Origin: Amphiscolops sp. MND2022
Taxonomy: Eukaryota
Length of the DNA stretch: 64,000 nucleotides
Assembly (NCBI GenBank): GCA_964187785.1
Contig: OZ076409.1
Coordinates: 48,858,001 to 48,922,000, forward strand
Direction: 5' to 3'
Below, piece by piece: positions 1 to 16,200 of this stretch. Below the pieces are notes generated by a model that had not been told where the DNA came from, did not search any database, and was given only the letters and a program-made list of their open reading frames with translations. The position numbers were made by a program, and so were the translations under genes. Position 1 is the first letter of the stretch; every line of letters starts with the position of its first letter.

Positions 1-124
1 TAGTAGTAGTAGTAGTAGAAAATCCCACATTGAAGGTATCAACACCGCTGTAACATCCTTGTAGTAGTAGTATTAATAGTAGAAAATCCCACATTGAAGG
101 TATTAACACCGCTGTAACATCCTT
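1..124. repeat. (TAG)n microsatellite end plus a 64-bp tandem duplication
   Basis: Window starts with tagtagtag. The segment agaaaatcccacattgaaggtaYYaacaccgctgtaacatccttg occurs twice, 64 bp apart. Confidence 0.9.
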
Positions 125-246
125 GTTGATGAGAGGAACTCTTGAATGTAAACTTCCTTAAAAAGTTTAGACTGGTCCGATTAACTGTTTAAACTGATTG
201 ATTACACAAAAATAGTGTGAAGAATGTTTGTATCTCAAATTGAGAT

Positions 247-369
247 TCTCAATTCCAAACTCTCACTTTGAAAAAAATTAAATTTATGGTTTCTAGTTTG
301 TATTCAACTTGAATACAAACTAGAAACCATCAATTTAATTTTTTTCAAAGTGAGAGTTTGGAATTGAGA
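247..369. repeat. Long fold-back palindrome, 61-bp arms, centre C308
   Basis: 247-307 is the reverse complement of 309-369 with one mismatch. Confidence 0.95.
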
Positions 370-1064
370 TACAAACATTCTTTTTTTGAAATCTTCTGAT
401 CTTTTTTTGATACCTGTCGTGAGCTTCAGCAAAAACTGTTCCGAAAAATTGTTTTTTCGATTAACTGTACTCTTTTGTACGAAAGAAAGGAAAGTAAAGA
501 CAAGATTAAAAAGCCATTAGTTTAAAAGTAACCCGCTTTTGAGTTTTGTAAACGAACGATTTTCGTAAATCAGGGAAGTTTACAAAAGTGTAGTTCCAAA
601 CTGAACGAACTGTTTCATTCTTTTGTTAACCATTCATCAATCAAATTTTAAGTTGTTACAGCTACTCATGGTTTTCTTTAAGGATGCGAATAAGTCCTAC
701 CTTATAAGGTAACGAAAGTTTCACTCATCATGAGTGATGATCAGCTCTCATTTCCTTATAAGGTACGCGCTGTCCCATTTCTGTGAAAAAGCTACCTTAT
801 TACCTTATTTGGTCAATACGGTGATTCATCGTTGACGAACAAGCGTGCGCGTACTACCTTATTTGGTCAGTAAGCGCCTGCTTTAAAGTATTTCAAGTTT
901 GATCGCGGTAAAATTCCAATTAAATTGGCGGTTATCAGATCTTCTCGAAGAGACCAATTTCCCTTATGAGTAGGCATTGGATTTATTTGGAAATTACAGT
1001 AGTAGCAGAAGCATACAATAAAATATGGATACCATTTGGTTGATGGCTAGACAATACGGAAAAA

Positions 1065-1169
1065 AATACGGAAGAAGCGTTGAATATGTGAAAGTAAAAA
1101 CAGTCTTTACTTCTGAGTCAGAAATAAATACTGTTTTTATTTTCACATATTCAACGCTTCTTCCGTATT
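1065..1169. repeat. Long fold-back palindrome, 52-bp arms, centre G1117
   Basis: aatacggaagaagcgttgaatatgtgaaa ... tttcacatattcaacgcttcttccgtatt, with few mismatches. Confidence 0.95.
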
Positions 1170-2047
1170 CTGAGAAGTACTGAGATTAGTGATTGTTAAT
1201 CGTGTCGCTTCTCAGAAACGTCAATTTAGCTAAGTATTGAATAATTTCTATCAAAATAGATATAAACTTATGTAAGGCGAAATATGGAGAAACATGACAT
1301 TTGGATACAAATAAATCCTAAGCCTACTCATGATTGTTCGCTATGGATGAATCAAATGAAGATGTTTGGAATTTGGCAGTCAGAATTTGTAACAGACAGC
1401 AATATCATTGACTTGTTGGTAAATATGAACGCCAATGCGAATTCTAAAATTGATGATTGACACTTCAATAGTGATTCTTTCTCACCACTGTTACAATACG
1501 CTTCTGACAGCAGAAAGTGGTTCGCAATACTAGCCCCGAGAAGAAAAGTTTAGCTCCGAAATTTATCATTACTAGAAAAGCAAAACGGTTGACCGTTGAA
1601 TCCTCTCCCTTTACAGAAGTTTCAACAGTGTTAGTAGGTAAGATATTGATAGTTTTGTTTCCTTTCCGTAGTATTCAGCTATCTAAAAATTTATTCTCTT
1701 CACTAAAAGCTTTAAATATAGTATATCTTCAAACAAACGCCGGTTTCACCTCCTTTGGAAAAACGAATAATTCTTCTATATTGAATCTGAATCAGTTACT
1801 AAGGAACTGGATATAAGTTGAGTCGGACACTTTTCAATGTCCCTCATATTATCGTCACGGCTGTGATTACGCTCACGGCAGGGACCAAAGTTCAGAAATT
1901 CGATTGAGAGTAAAAACATTTATGGTAAACAAGGTAACTCAGTAAACAAACAAAATCCTGAAATTTGGTCCCTGTCGTGAGCGCAATGTTATTAAACAAT
2001 TCATTAACTTGTCAGCATAACAACAAACACTGTCTGCCAGACAACAG

Positions 2048-2134
2048 TGGCCGACAATAGTTGATAAATTGTTTAATGCGTAAAATTAATCATTAAATTT
2101 ACGCATTAAACAATTTATCAATTATTGTCGGCCA
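2048..2134. repeat. Long fold-back palindrome, 43-bp arms, centre C2091
   Basis: tggccgacaatagttgataaattgtttaatgcgtaaa ... tttacgcattaaacaatttatcaattattgtcggcca. Confidence 0.95.
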
Positions 2135-2411
2135 GACGGTGATGATGAATTGTTTAATGATAAATTGTTTAAACTGAGTTGCAGCTAATTTTGGTCCCTG
2201 GTGTAAGCGCCTGATGTAATAAAACGTTCCTATGACTAAAATGACTCCGATGACTTCTGATCAAGGAAAACGCTAATTTGAAAAATCCATTTTGTAATTT
2301 TTGTATTTATGATACTTTTATAAAAAAAATGCAATAATCATGATCGTAATCATTTGAGGATCACACCATTTGAATATCATATGAAAAGTTACATGACAAA
2401 TGAAGTTGAAA

Positions 2412-3135
2412 TTAGGAGCAATGTTCCTTTACGTGCATCCTATAATTTTCCATTGTCTTGAAATTAACATTGGATACGAGTGTCGCGTGAACATAAATGT
2501 TGCTGTTGAAGTTTAGAGTTGATGTTTTGTCAACTTTGAATTTCAGGGACGTAATGACAGCTGTTCCATCCGCAACTTTGTCCCATTCGTTGCCCAATAT
2601 GTGGTCCCATGCTGATGTTGAAAAAGGGCCGTTGTCTTCTTTGATGGAGAATGTCACTGGGCCATTTGTGACACCGAACGCGTGAATCGTCGCATCAGTG
2701 CAAGGGGCAAAATCTTGCTTGATGTCTTTGACTCTGCTGCGTCCACTGAGGGAATTCATCAGCAAGTTTTTCAGGTTAGAATATGCCCAATACACTAACG
2801 CATGGTCGTCGTATAACGGCGCGCCAGGTGCGTTTTCAACTGCTCCCAGTCTTTTTTTCCGGAGATAACTTACAGGGACTGTTGCGTTACAGGAAGGATC
2901 GTCCTGTTTTTCGACTTCTACGAGAAGTTTCGTCTTTAAATAGTAAATAGAATTAATCTTCCAATCGCAGCCCAAAATATCAACAATGTCTCCCTTGATG
3001 ACGACTCCGGTGCTGATGGGGACACAAACTAGTTCTTTTCGTTCAAGTGGGGTACTTTTGAAACTCTGGGAAGGTCCACCAATTATGGCCTGGGATGGTA
3101 TTGCATCAGGATTACCGAATAATTTATCGTAGTCA
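2412..3135 (-). CDS. Terminal coding exon of an unknown protein (about 240 aa); may be the 3' part of the Tudor-like gene or a separate gene
   Basis: The frame of ORF 2412..2975 stays open upstream to a ttggaatag acceptor at 3136. Composition is protein-like. I could not build a phase-consistent link to the upstream exons. Confidence 0.6.
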
Positions 3136-3432
3136 CTATTCCAAAGTTAAAAAAATATTAGAAAAATGTTTGAAAAGTACTACAACTAACCCATTGAACC
3201 TATTTTGGTTGGTGATATGCGAATGATAATAGGTATTTTTGCCAAAATTGAGAACTCAATTCGCTTCGGAAAAACTGAGGATAAAGCACTTCGGAAACTT
3301 TTCCTAGTAGTATTGTCAAAAACATTTATGTATTCTACAAAAAAAATCAAATCAACTGTACGTGCTTTTTCTCGGGAGGCTGCCAACAACTTGCAACGTT
3401 AAACTTGCAATCATTCAACCCTCATAGTCTAG

Positions 3433-4426
3433 CTAAAAAATAGTTGTACCTCTGTTAAAAAAAATATTGAAGTAGTAATTTCGGTAAGCCTGCTTTACAT
3501 CAATTTTAGTCTTCTTTTTAGGCATCTTGGCGGGGATCGTGGCCTCTATTCCGCGGGTCACCAACACCGTGACTTTTTTGTCACCAAACACCGTCTTTTT
3601 GTCGCATCTTGAAGTAACGTGTTCTTCGTCAGATTCATCCGAGGACTCGGAGTCCTCGGGTTCTTCGAATTTCACTTTTTTGAAAACGGATGCTGCCTTT
3701 TGTGACGATTCGCATCGAAGCTGGTAGTATTTGATGGGGACCAAATTCACATTTTCCAGCTGTTCTTCGAAAAAAACGTTTTCCTCTATTGGTATCACAA
3801 CTGGCGATATCAACATTTCTTTACGGAAGGGATCGTTTTTCATTACGAAACCTTCTTCGATGTCCCCTATGTGTCGGACGCCGTCTTTAGCATGGGCCAG
3901 TGTGTAATGAACTTTATCGTTTCTAACACGTTTTTCTTTCATGTAGCCCAGAACATCAAGGCTCAGTGTCAGTTCAACGCTACGGCTGTAGCTTGGAATT
4001 GGCGTTTCGTTCTTTCGGATGGGCCATTTCTCTGGAAAGTCGTGGAATTTTGGGGGTGTTCTAACGACTCCTGCTGCATGTTTTGAGTTGTAATCTAACC
4101 ATTTGACTTTCGCCTGGAAACAAAAACGTTTTAAAATGTAACTCATTGAACAAAATTCATTAGCAGTAGTGATATTTCTGAAAGCAACAAATGGCAAGTC
4201 TGAAAATCGAATATCTCTAAAACAACAGCGATTTCTGAAAAAAAATTATGAGGATGAAAGTTTCTTAGATTTTTATGTATGTTTATTTGAAGAATATAGG
4301 ATGAAAATTTAATACCTCATGAGTTCGGTGAAATTCGGTGACGTAGGCTAATCGCCAAAGTCCACATTCTTCCTCGAAACATTGCAGGAGTTCTCCGACT
4401 TTGAAATTTTTCGAGAATGTCTGCAT
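3433..4426 (-). CDS. Tudor/chromo-barrel (Royal family)-like protein; exons 4426-4316 and 4113-3433 (263 aa if it ends at 3433)
   Basis: ATG at 4426, phase-0 intron (GAG|gtatt ... tttccag|GCG). Spliced N-terminus MQTFSKNFKVGELLQCFEEECGLWRLAYVTEFHRTHE|AKVKWLDY fits the F-x-V-G-E...W-x-x-A-x-V...V-x-W-x-D-Y barrel pattern. Acidic patch and basic NLS-like KMPKKKTK downstream. Confidence 0.65.
4164..4309 (+). mobile_element. 5' fragment of the MITE family seen at 22131-22816, inside an intron
   Basis: cagtagtgatatt...gaatatctctaaaaca.cagcgattt.tgaaaaa...gaaagtttcttagatttttat closely matches 22131-22283. Confidence 0.75.
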
Positions 4427-5257
4427 TGTCTGTTTCGCACTCGGTTCAAGACTCGGTACTAGTAGTGGGTTTAAGAGGACTAAATTCAGTGTCTTTGTAG
4501 TGAAAAGACTAATATTATGTTGCTCTAAGCAAGCTAAGTTAGCAAAAAGACTTCAACTTGAACTGACTTCAACAAAAATTAGAATAACTTCAACTTAAAC
4601 TTGTCACAGCCACAAAACCAAATTGGGTTAAATTGGTCCAGAATGATATACCGGCCCGCGGGCGTTAATTTGAACCAATATGGTCAAAACTTAGATTTTC
4701 GGATAATCAGTTGAATTGCACAATGGAAAAATTAGTCTATTTAATGATGCTATTCATTACTATCCAATTTATAGTAATGAATGATGCCTCCTATGATGGG
4801 GATGACCATCATTACAAGGCCCACTTCATCCAATATTCAATCTTGGTTGAAACCTAAACCACAAAACCAAATTGGGTTAAATTGTTCCAGAGTATTTTGC
4901 CGGCCCGGGGGCGTTAATTTGAACTTGATTTTCGAATAATGATAATTATGAAGTGATTAGATAATGATGCTCCGTCCTGGCTGACTTCAAGTCACGCTGA
5001 TAAGTCACGCTGATAAGTCACGCTTTAAGTTACGCTGATTGACTATCTTACGCTGCATGACTGAAATCCATTCTACCGGGAAGTGTCTCGTAATTACATC
5101 GTAAAATCGAAAAGAGAATAAGTTTTTGAATTCATCATTTGAAATCAATTCCTCGTCAAGTTCAGACCTCAATTTTATTCAAACTTCTCAACTATATTGT
5201 TGCAACAACCAGTTTACTAATCTCTTGAATTCGAGAATCAAACTGAAATTTTCCAAA
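4427..5257. promoter_or_regulatory. Putative bidirectional promoter between the Tudor-like gene (-) and the SET gene (+)
   Basis: Divergent ATGs at 4426 and 5258. A roughly 66-bp direct repeat (about 4610-4675 and 4859-4924) and four tandem copies of AAGTCACGCTGAT (about 4989-5039). Confidence 0.45.
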
Positions 5258-8917
<3,660 letters not shown>

Positions 8918-9341
8918 AACTTGAAGTGTAATCATTAGTGAAGATGATCTTAGTACAGTAGCGTGATTTTAAAAAAATGCCCGGCCTGCCTCTACACTGA
9001 GCGTTATCATAATTGATCGATTGCATATTTGCTCAATTTCAACTGATTATATATTTTCAACACTTTCAACTGATATCATATTTCAACATATTTTCAACTA
9101 ATAACTCATTTTCAAATAGTTTTTTTTAACCGAAGACAGTATTTTTCTTCCTTACATGACGATGATACGTATGATACTAGTGGAGTCTCTCATAAATTAA
9201 AAAAATGTTTTCAGGACATCCAAAGAAGTTTTTTTTGAATTTTTGAATTACGTTTCGAGTTACTTGGTTTTTTTCTCTGGGGTTAACGCTTTATCGCATA
9301 ACGAGACAACCCGGTAAAATAGGTTTCAGGCACGCAGCTGT

Positions 9342-12300
9342 ATGATCTCGGACATTTCAAAAAGTCTGTCGGAAGTTTGCAATTTGTTTTTTCTTCTTCT
9401 ACCGTGACGGTCACTTCTGGTGGCAATCACAACTTTTGAAATTGTTTTCATAATCATTAAGCCAGTATCATCGTTTTTGTGATTTGTTGCTGGTTTCTTG
9501 CTTAAACAGGTTTTGTATTTCAGATCGAAATGATACAAAAACCAATCATCACTTATGCTGGCATCAATTACGTGAAACTCACATTCCTGAACGTCTTGTT
9601 CCCGAATGTGTTCCTGCTGGAAAGCAATGACTGCCTTCTTCCCAATGATCGCAGAAAGGCTACAGATTTCCTCAAGAAGCATTTAAAAGGTTTATTTTCT
9701 TTCCTTTTTTATTCAAAAACATAACTAGAGATCGTAAACGTAATCGTCCAAAACGTGGTTGTGAGATGTAAGGAATGCACTTGAGCATAGCATTGTAGTT
9801 GATCGTTCGTGGCACGTTTTGATTCATGATTGTTGCAGGACTGAACGTAAACTTCTCTGATGTATACAAGCCCCATGGATTCAAAGAAAGGTGTCCTTTG
9901 TTGCGCGAAGACGTATTCGATTTATTGATAATATCTGCACCTCCATCATTGATTCCCTGGACGACTGAAAGAGTTGGCTATATACGACAATTTTTCCCTT
10001 CGTTGCCCATTCCAGACTCAACCTCTTTTTTAACAATTCAAATTGACGCTATTTTTCACAACAGTCATTGGAAACAGGCGTTTCGCTGCAGAATTTTTGG
10101 AGCTCTTCTTTGAAGACTATATCAGAATCAGAAATTGCATTGGGTCATTTTATTGAAACTCTCAAGCAGTTTTTCACAAGTCAAACTTTGAAAATCAAGA
10201 AAAAAAACACCTTAGTTCATAAACTTCTTCATCTATTTCTGCCAAACTTGTTTTGCCTTGAAAGGGAAGACATTCAAATGGAGATTCAATGCCTACTTAC
10301 TCTCAGTAATCCTCAGGATCTTTTAGTCAAAATACGTCGACTTATACAATGCCCTTTCATCAAATCCACCATTCTCCCTTCAAGACGTGAACTTCAAGCA
10401 ATCACAAATAAATTGAACGAAGATTTCAGATTAATACTTACTCCCAGAAGAACCCCCACTGGGTTCCGTGGTAATCTTGTTACATTTGTCAGATTCGTTG
10501 CCTGCAATTTGTATAACAAGACCAGCTTAGTCGGCTTGAGAGTCGACATTTATGGTGATGCAATGTCTCGGGGGAAAAAACACGTCGTACGAATGGCCTT
10601 CCGAATTTTGCAAAGCGGCATCAAAACTGAGCAATCCTCAACCCATGTCTTCACGTTTGCTGTGTTTGAGGTGAGTCGTTCAAGTTTTAATCTAATTTTA
10701 ACTTTATTAACTTGATTTTAACTTCATTCTAACTTGATTTCTATTGTGAGCTACATCAAAATGTTTATTGAGAACCTAATTTTGGTCCCTGTTGTGAGCT
10801 ACACTTAATAGTTTAGTGGTCACCACCACTAAAAACTCTGAGAACATTCGTGCGTTACGGTAACGCAAATCTAAATTTGGTCCCTGTCGTGAGTTACACT
10901 TAAATGATTACTTAGTAGTTGGAAAACCAATTTGGTCCGTCTTGAGCAGCACTCAAATGTTTTGTTGATATAATTCTAAATTTTTCCCTGTTGTGAGAAA
11001 CTGGAAGTTGAAATATGAATTTTTGGAATGTTTCCCAGGGTAAAGATGTGCGAATCAACCTGGAATACAATCTCGCCATGTCAGAAGTGCTTGGACGCCC
11101 TGGATGGCTATACAACGAAACAAAGGCCTTGCATGATGAAGGTGCTATACTGAGTTGCTCGGGTGATTCACCATTCCAACTGCGTCTTTTAAAAGGTGTT
11201 AGCAGTGATGTCTCTTGTCTGTCAAAGATGTGTCTTTATGTCAGTGATCCTGCAGATATTTCGAATCCACCAGTGAAACAGACAAAAAAAGACACCGCTG
11301 AATATAAGAAAGAAATGGAAGGAAGGGGGTGATTCTTCCGTCAACTGTCGATTATGCTACTGGCCGAAGAACAGAACTGATCATTGACATCAACGAATGC
11401 ATCCCAAAAGACTCTCTCATTTTTCTCAAATCCACTTTCAATACATGCCCTGATTTGCTGCATATGGTTGTCCGTTCAGTCGAAAGTGACTTGAAGTTGC
11501 ATGTGGACTCGATGTTGCTGTTGAAAGACCATGCAGCAATATGTAGACTCGAAAGTAACATAACGGAACGAAATGTGAAACCGCCGAGATTCAAGTTTGA
11601 GATCGTTGAAAAACTCTGCAAGGCTGTATCTCTCAGTTTCAGAGACGCCGAAGTCATAATATCCGACTGCAACAGAATCAGCGACTATGGCCCAGAATCA
11701 GACTGCCCAATTTTTGAAGGTGTGTATTCATTCGAAACACCTCATGTCTACAAAGCTGACCAAACAACCTCTACAACGTCTTATAACGTGTTGATATCAT
11801 TGGTTGATGGGTTGGAGACATCTTTCACAAAAGGAGTGGGTATTTCTGTTCGGAAACTGGCTGACTTCCAATTCCAATCTCTTTACCAGTTACTTGATTT
11901 GCTTCGACAGAGAGAATTCAAAGACATTTCAAAGTGTAAAGATCTCTATGAGATTTATTACCAGTCAACTTTATGTCTTTTCGGTGATCGTGCGTTGACG
12001 CCATACAAATTGAAACTGGATATTTTACTCAGACTTTTTGAGAAGGGTGAGCTTCTGTCTCCATTTTATTACATGACAGAAGGAACTGAAAAAAGCCACC
12101 ACACGGCAGCCAAAGACTACAATACGAAGACAATGCGTGATGGTGGCAATGATGCTTGGAACATGTCATCCAGTTATCTCGATATTCAGTTTTCCTTCTA
12201 CCGTGCAATTGATTTATGTTCTTCAAAGTCTTCGACACTTGAATCTTACCGGAAGTTGTATGGAAAAACCGACGTGACAAAGACGTATCTTGAAATTTGC

Positions 12301-12867
12301 TGTGAACCCATTCCAGAACCTGAACTTGACTATCTTAGAACTGAAGACATGTTTAGAGGTATGCACTTTGTCATTCTTGGAACATATGGTCACCTGAAAG
12401 AAACTCAAGCGAGTCTTGAGAAGAAGATCACTGAAAATGGAGGAAATGTTGTTTCCAATGTAGACATCATCAACAGAAGCAAGCTGAATTTTTTGAGCCA
12501 TCACTATTGCATTTTACCAAATCGAAATTGTATCGACGCATTCATTAAAGGTCAACAAGGTAAAGAAAAAGCTGCAACGAAGGCGCTTTCCAATACGATA
12601 CTCGGTAACTGGATTTACTTGAACGCTGAATTTGTAATCGCCTGTGTACAGAAGAAGTCTTTGATTGATCCCAAAGGCTATGTTTTTGAAGTAGATGAGT
12701 CTGCGAGAGCCAAATTCAAAACGATGAAGTACATATCTATGGCCCCACAATTACAACGTCAATCAAACCCCCTACGACATGGTTCATTAACTTACCACAC
12801 AGCAATGCGGAAGTACAAGAACGCACTAAAAAAGGCCACATTGAAGAGAAAACTAGACGACGTTTAA
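9342..12867 (+). pseudogene. RAG1/Transib-like DDE transposase with C-terminal BRCT domain (about 940-950 aa when repaired); exons 9342-9374 (tentative), 9524-9689, 9839-10670, 11039-12867; two 1-nt frameshifts
   Basis: Motifs in RAG1 order: IYGDAM (D, 10557), FAVFE|GKD, GVSSDVS (D, 11207), PDLLH (H, 11461), TPYKLK, YMTEGTEKSHH (E, 12088). Compare RAG1 SCDGM, GTGYDEK, IDALH, TNYFHK, WASEGNESGNK. BRCT pattern MFRGMHFVILG..LEKKITENGGNVV..FVIACVQKKSLIDPKGY at about 12343-12686. Introns are phase-consistent. Frameshifts fall near T5 at 10052-10056 and G5 at 11325-11329. Confidence 0.75.
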
Positions 12868-13207
12868 TACCTAAAAACTTACTTATTTTATTACTAATTC
12901 AGTAGACAAGGTCCCTTTGACCGCTTCATTGTCAATTCAGTGCTATCTACTAGGTGAACCAAAGAAAATGGAATGTACAAAAATTTTTCGAGTTTACATT
13001 CCCTCTGTTACCTTATTTACTATTGAATGATCTATGACAGTTGTCTCAGGAATGATCTATGAGGACGTATGACTTCCTTGACTTCCTGGAATAGTGTGAC
13101 TTGTTGTGAGTTGTTGGATGTATATATTTGACAATCATTTTATAGTTAATTTCATACAATATTGAATGGTGTATAACTTATGAGCGAATTTTTTCAGTTG
13201 ATATCAA

Positions 13208-16200
13208 ATGGCAACACTGCCGACCACGCCATCAACGTCTCGTCGAACGACACCAGCGAAAGTCCCATGCGGCCAAGGTTCGATAACAATTTTTTTGTGA
13301 TCAAGCTGTAACGTAATCAAGCTGTAACTTTTTTCACGGAAAAGTTTAATCTGACATATGGCATTCCTTTTAGGCACTTGTGACGTTGTGGACAAGCTGT
13401 CCAACATCCTACGCCACCGCAAAGTCTGTCCCCGAATGCCACGAGAGCAGTTCAAGCTCATGGAGAGAACGTGCCAGCTCTGCGGCCAGATCATTTCCGC
13501 CAAAAAACTGCTGAAGAAGCACTACAATACAAAGTATTGTAAGGAGCAGCAAAAGCGGAAAGCAGAAGGCCTGCCTACCCGAATGTACCAGTACGGTTAG
13601 TCAATACAATGTATGTTAAAAATTGATCAACTTGTAACATTTTAAACTCAATGATTTTGAAAAAAGTCTAGGTCTCAAACAAAAAGTGTGTTTTTATTCA
13701 TGTAACTTCTATGTTACAGCAGCTGCAAAAGGCTTGACGCGGAGGCCTAACTTATGCTACGGCAGAGGTTGTGGCAAGTCATATGTTTGCCCTTATGACT
13801 TGCGCGTGCACCTTTTGAAGAATCCTCAATGCCAGGAAGGAGCGAATGTGAGTGCCTGTCCTATTTTTTTCTCTTTAAGAACACATGTTGAATGATTTGA
13901 TTGACCATTTGATTCTCGAAACGCCGTGTTTTAAACGGTGACAATGTGACTGGAAATCCGAATGAGTCATTTTATCGTGGCAACTGTTTAGGCTGCAGTA
14001 TCTTTGGGCTCCGATTCGTCTACTAGTAGCAACACTGACGAGCGATTCAGGCCAGAAGATTTCAACCACATTCCTTCTGATGTGTTTGGGTCTGATGGAT
14101 TTTTCAAGTTCGCGATGGAAGTGCCCCTCGACTACAAGTTTCCTGTAGCTCAATGGGAAGGCAACGTTGACGACCATGTCGTCAAATTCAATTCCCTGAT
14201 GAGACACAGTGTGCCTCTGTTGTGGCGTGGAGGTGTCAACCATTGCCATGGTTTGAAGCTGCCTCAAGTGGAAGAACTCGCTTTCACTGAAGTTGTCCAA
14301 GAGCTTCTAGTCCCCCAGAAGCTACAAGCAAGTGCAGCAACCATCAATGTCAAGTCGGCAAAACTTGGAGAAGTAAGTCTTTGGTAGAATTACTTTCAAT
14401 TTGAAGCTTGTATTTTTCGTAAAATATCTGGAACAACTGCAATTTGATCCCTGGCGTGAGCTCATTTTCCAACTTGGACAAGTCTTTGGTAGAATTACTT
14501 TCAATTTCAAATTTTCAAGTAATGCTTCAAGTTGAAGCTTGTATTTTTCGTAAAATATCTGGAACAACTGCAATTTGATCCCTGTCGTGAGCTCATTCTC
14601 CAACTTGGGCAAGTTGAATTTGTCGAACAACTGCATTTGAACTATTCTAACAATGAGAAAGTTGTCCGTCTTATTCCCGTCTTAGTCACTTTATGATCAT
14701 TTCATTTCAGAGTCGTGACCTCAGTCTCGACGAGTTCAAGCAGGAGCTCATCAACGCCGACAGAAGCAGCGTTTACTATCCTTTAAACGCTATAGACATC
14801 GCCATGCAGCCAAAGGTAAACAACATTGAATGAGCTCCTTTGATTTGATGGAAAACGCAAATCCACTGAAAAACGACTTTTCTTTTTCTGTTTTTCCCCA
14901 ACCCCCTGTTTGCTAGTAGTTGCGTACAAATTCGACTTTGAGGATTTTATTCAACATAATGCACATTGTTTTGAAACAACTTCAACTTATATTGATTTTT
15001 TTGTCTTTTCAGTCCATCTACAGCGTGCCAACGATGATAAAAAAGTCGTCAGTGAACCACCTTGTGGACGAGCTGGTGAGTAAGTCAGCAGAACCGTTCT
15101 CAGTAGCGACTTCATACTACTTGCTGATCTCCAACGATGGTCGTCAAACAACTTGGCACACGGACTTCAGTTCAACATCTGTCTTTTATACAGTCTTGAC
15201 TGGGTCCAAGACCTTCTTTCTGGTTGCGCCAACTGAAAACAACATGAAGTTGTTCAATGCCTGGTCCAAACAAGAATGGGACGACATGTAAGTTGAATTT
15301 TTTCACCAAGGAATTTCAGCTTTTGTGTTCATCTATTTTTGTATTTTTTGCATCATTTTGCATCACGGGCCATCATTTCCGTACGTGTTTTCATTGTATT
15401 TGCGAAATTTTCAACTTTCAATGCACTATATTGTTTTTGCATCGCCGAATATTTTAAGAATAGTCGCTTAGAGTTCCAACAGTTTTCGTTTTAGGCCAAC
15501 ATTTTTTGGATGCCACAAAAGACTGGAGGGGGGTTGCCTCAGGGTTACTCTTAATCCGGGCGACGTTTTCGCCATGCCGTCTCAGTACATCCATACAGTC
15601 CTCACAAGTGGAGACTCTGTGGCAATAGGGACGAATTTCCTTTCAGAAGGTCATTCGAACCAATTCATAAAGGCGATCATTGAAGAAGACTCCACCAGGG
15701 AGCATGAGAAGTTTCCGGGCATGTTGGAAATGCTAGCTATTTTGATGCTCAAAGCATCAGAGAGATGCATGATAACTCCGGACTTCCTTCGTCTTCACAG
15801 AGCCATTGAGAATCGATATCAAGAAAGTGAAGCTGTTGCTGTGAGTTGTATTTTTTAGTTCACAATCGTTTAGAATCAAACTATGTTATCGAATTAAGTA
15901 TTTGTATAATGAAGCCGTGTTGTGACTCACAACAGGGACCAAAACTGAAATTGGTAATCATCATGAATAATGTTGATGATGACGTTGTGGCTCACGACAG
16001 GGACCAAAATTAAAGGTGGTAATGATTACCAATTTTAATTTCGGTCCCTGTCGTGAGCCACAAGGTCATCATCAGCATTATTTGTTGATGATCAACAAAG
16101 TTGATCAAATAGCTTGGTGAGTTATCACGAGTTTTGTTTCAGATTTGCCCCGAATTCAGCAAGGAGAGACTCGTTTACAATATTTGCTCGCGCAAAGACT

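Noticed and set aside
1..18. (TAG)n as a telomere
   Set aside because: It is a trinucleotide microsatellite, also present internally at 8556-8870, and not a known telomeric unit.
1517..1816. 99-aa ORF
   Set aside because: GTG start, AT-rich, no recognisable domain or consistent exon chain.
10047..11332. Programmed -1 ribosomal frameshifting in the transposase
   Set aside because: No convincing X XXY YYZ slippery site with a downstream structure at both breaks; indels are the simpler explanation.
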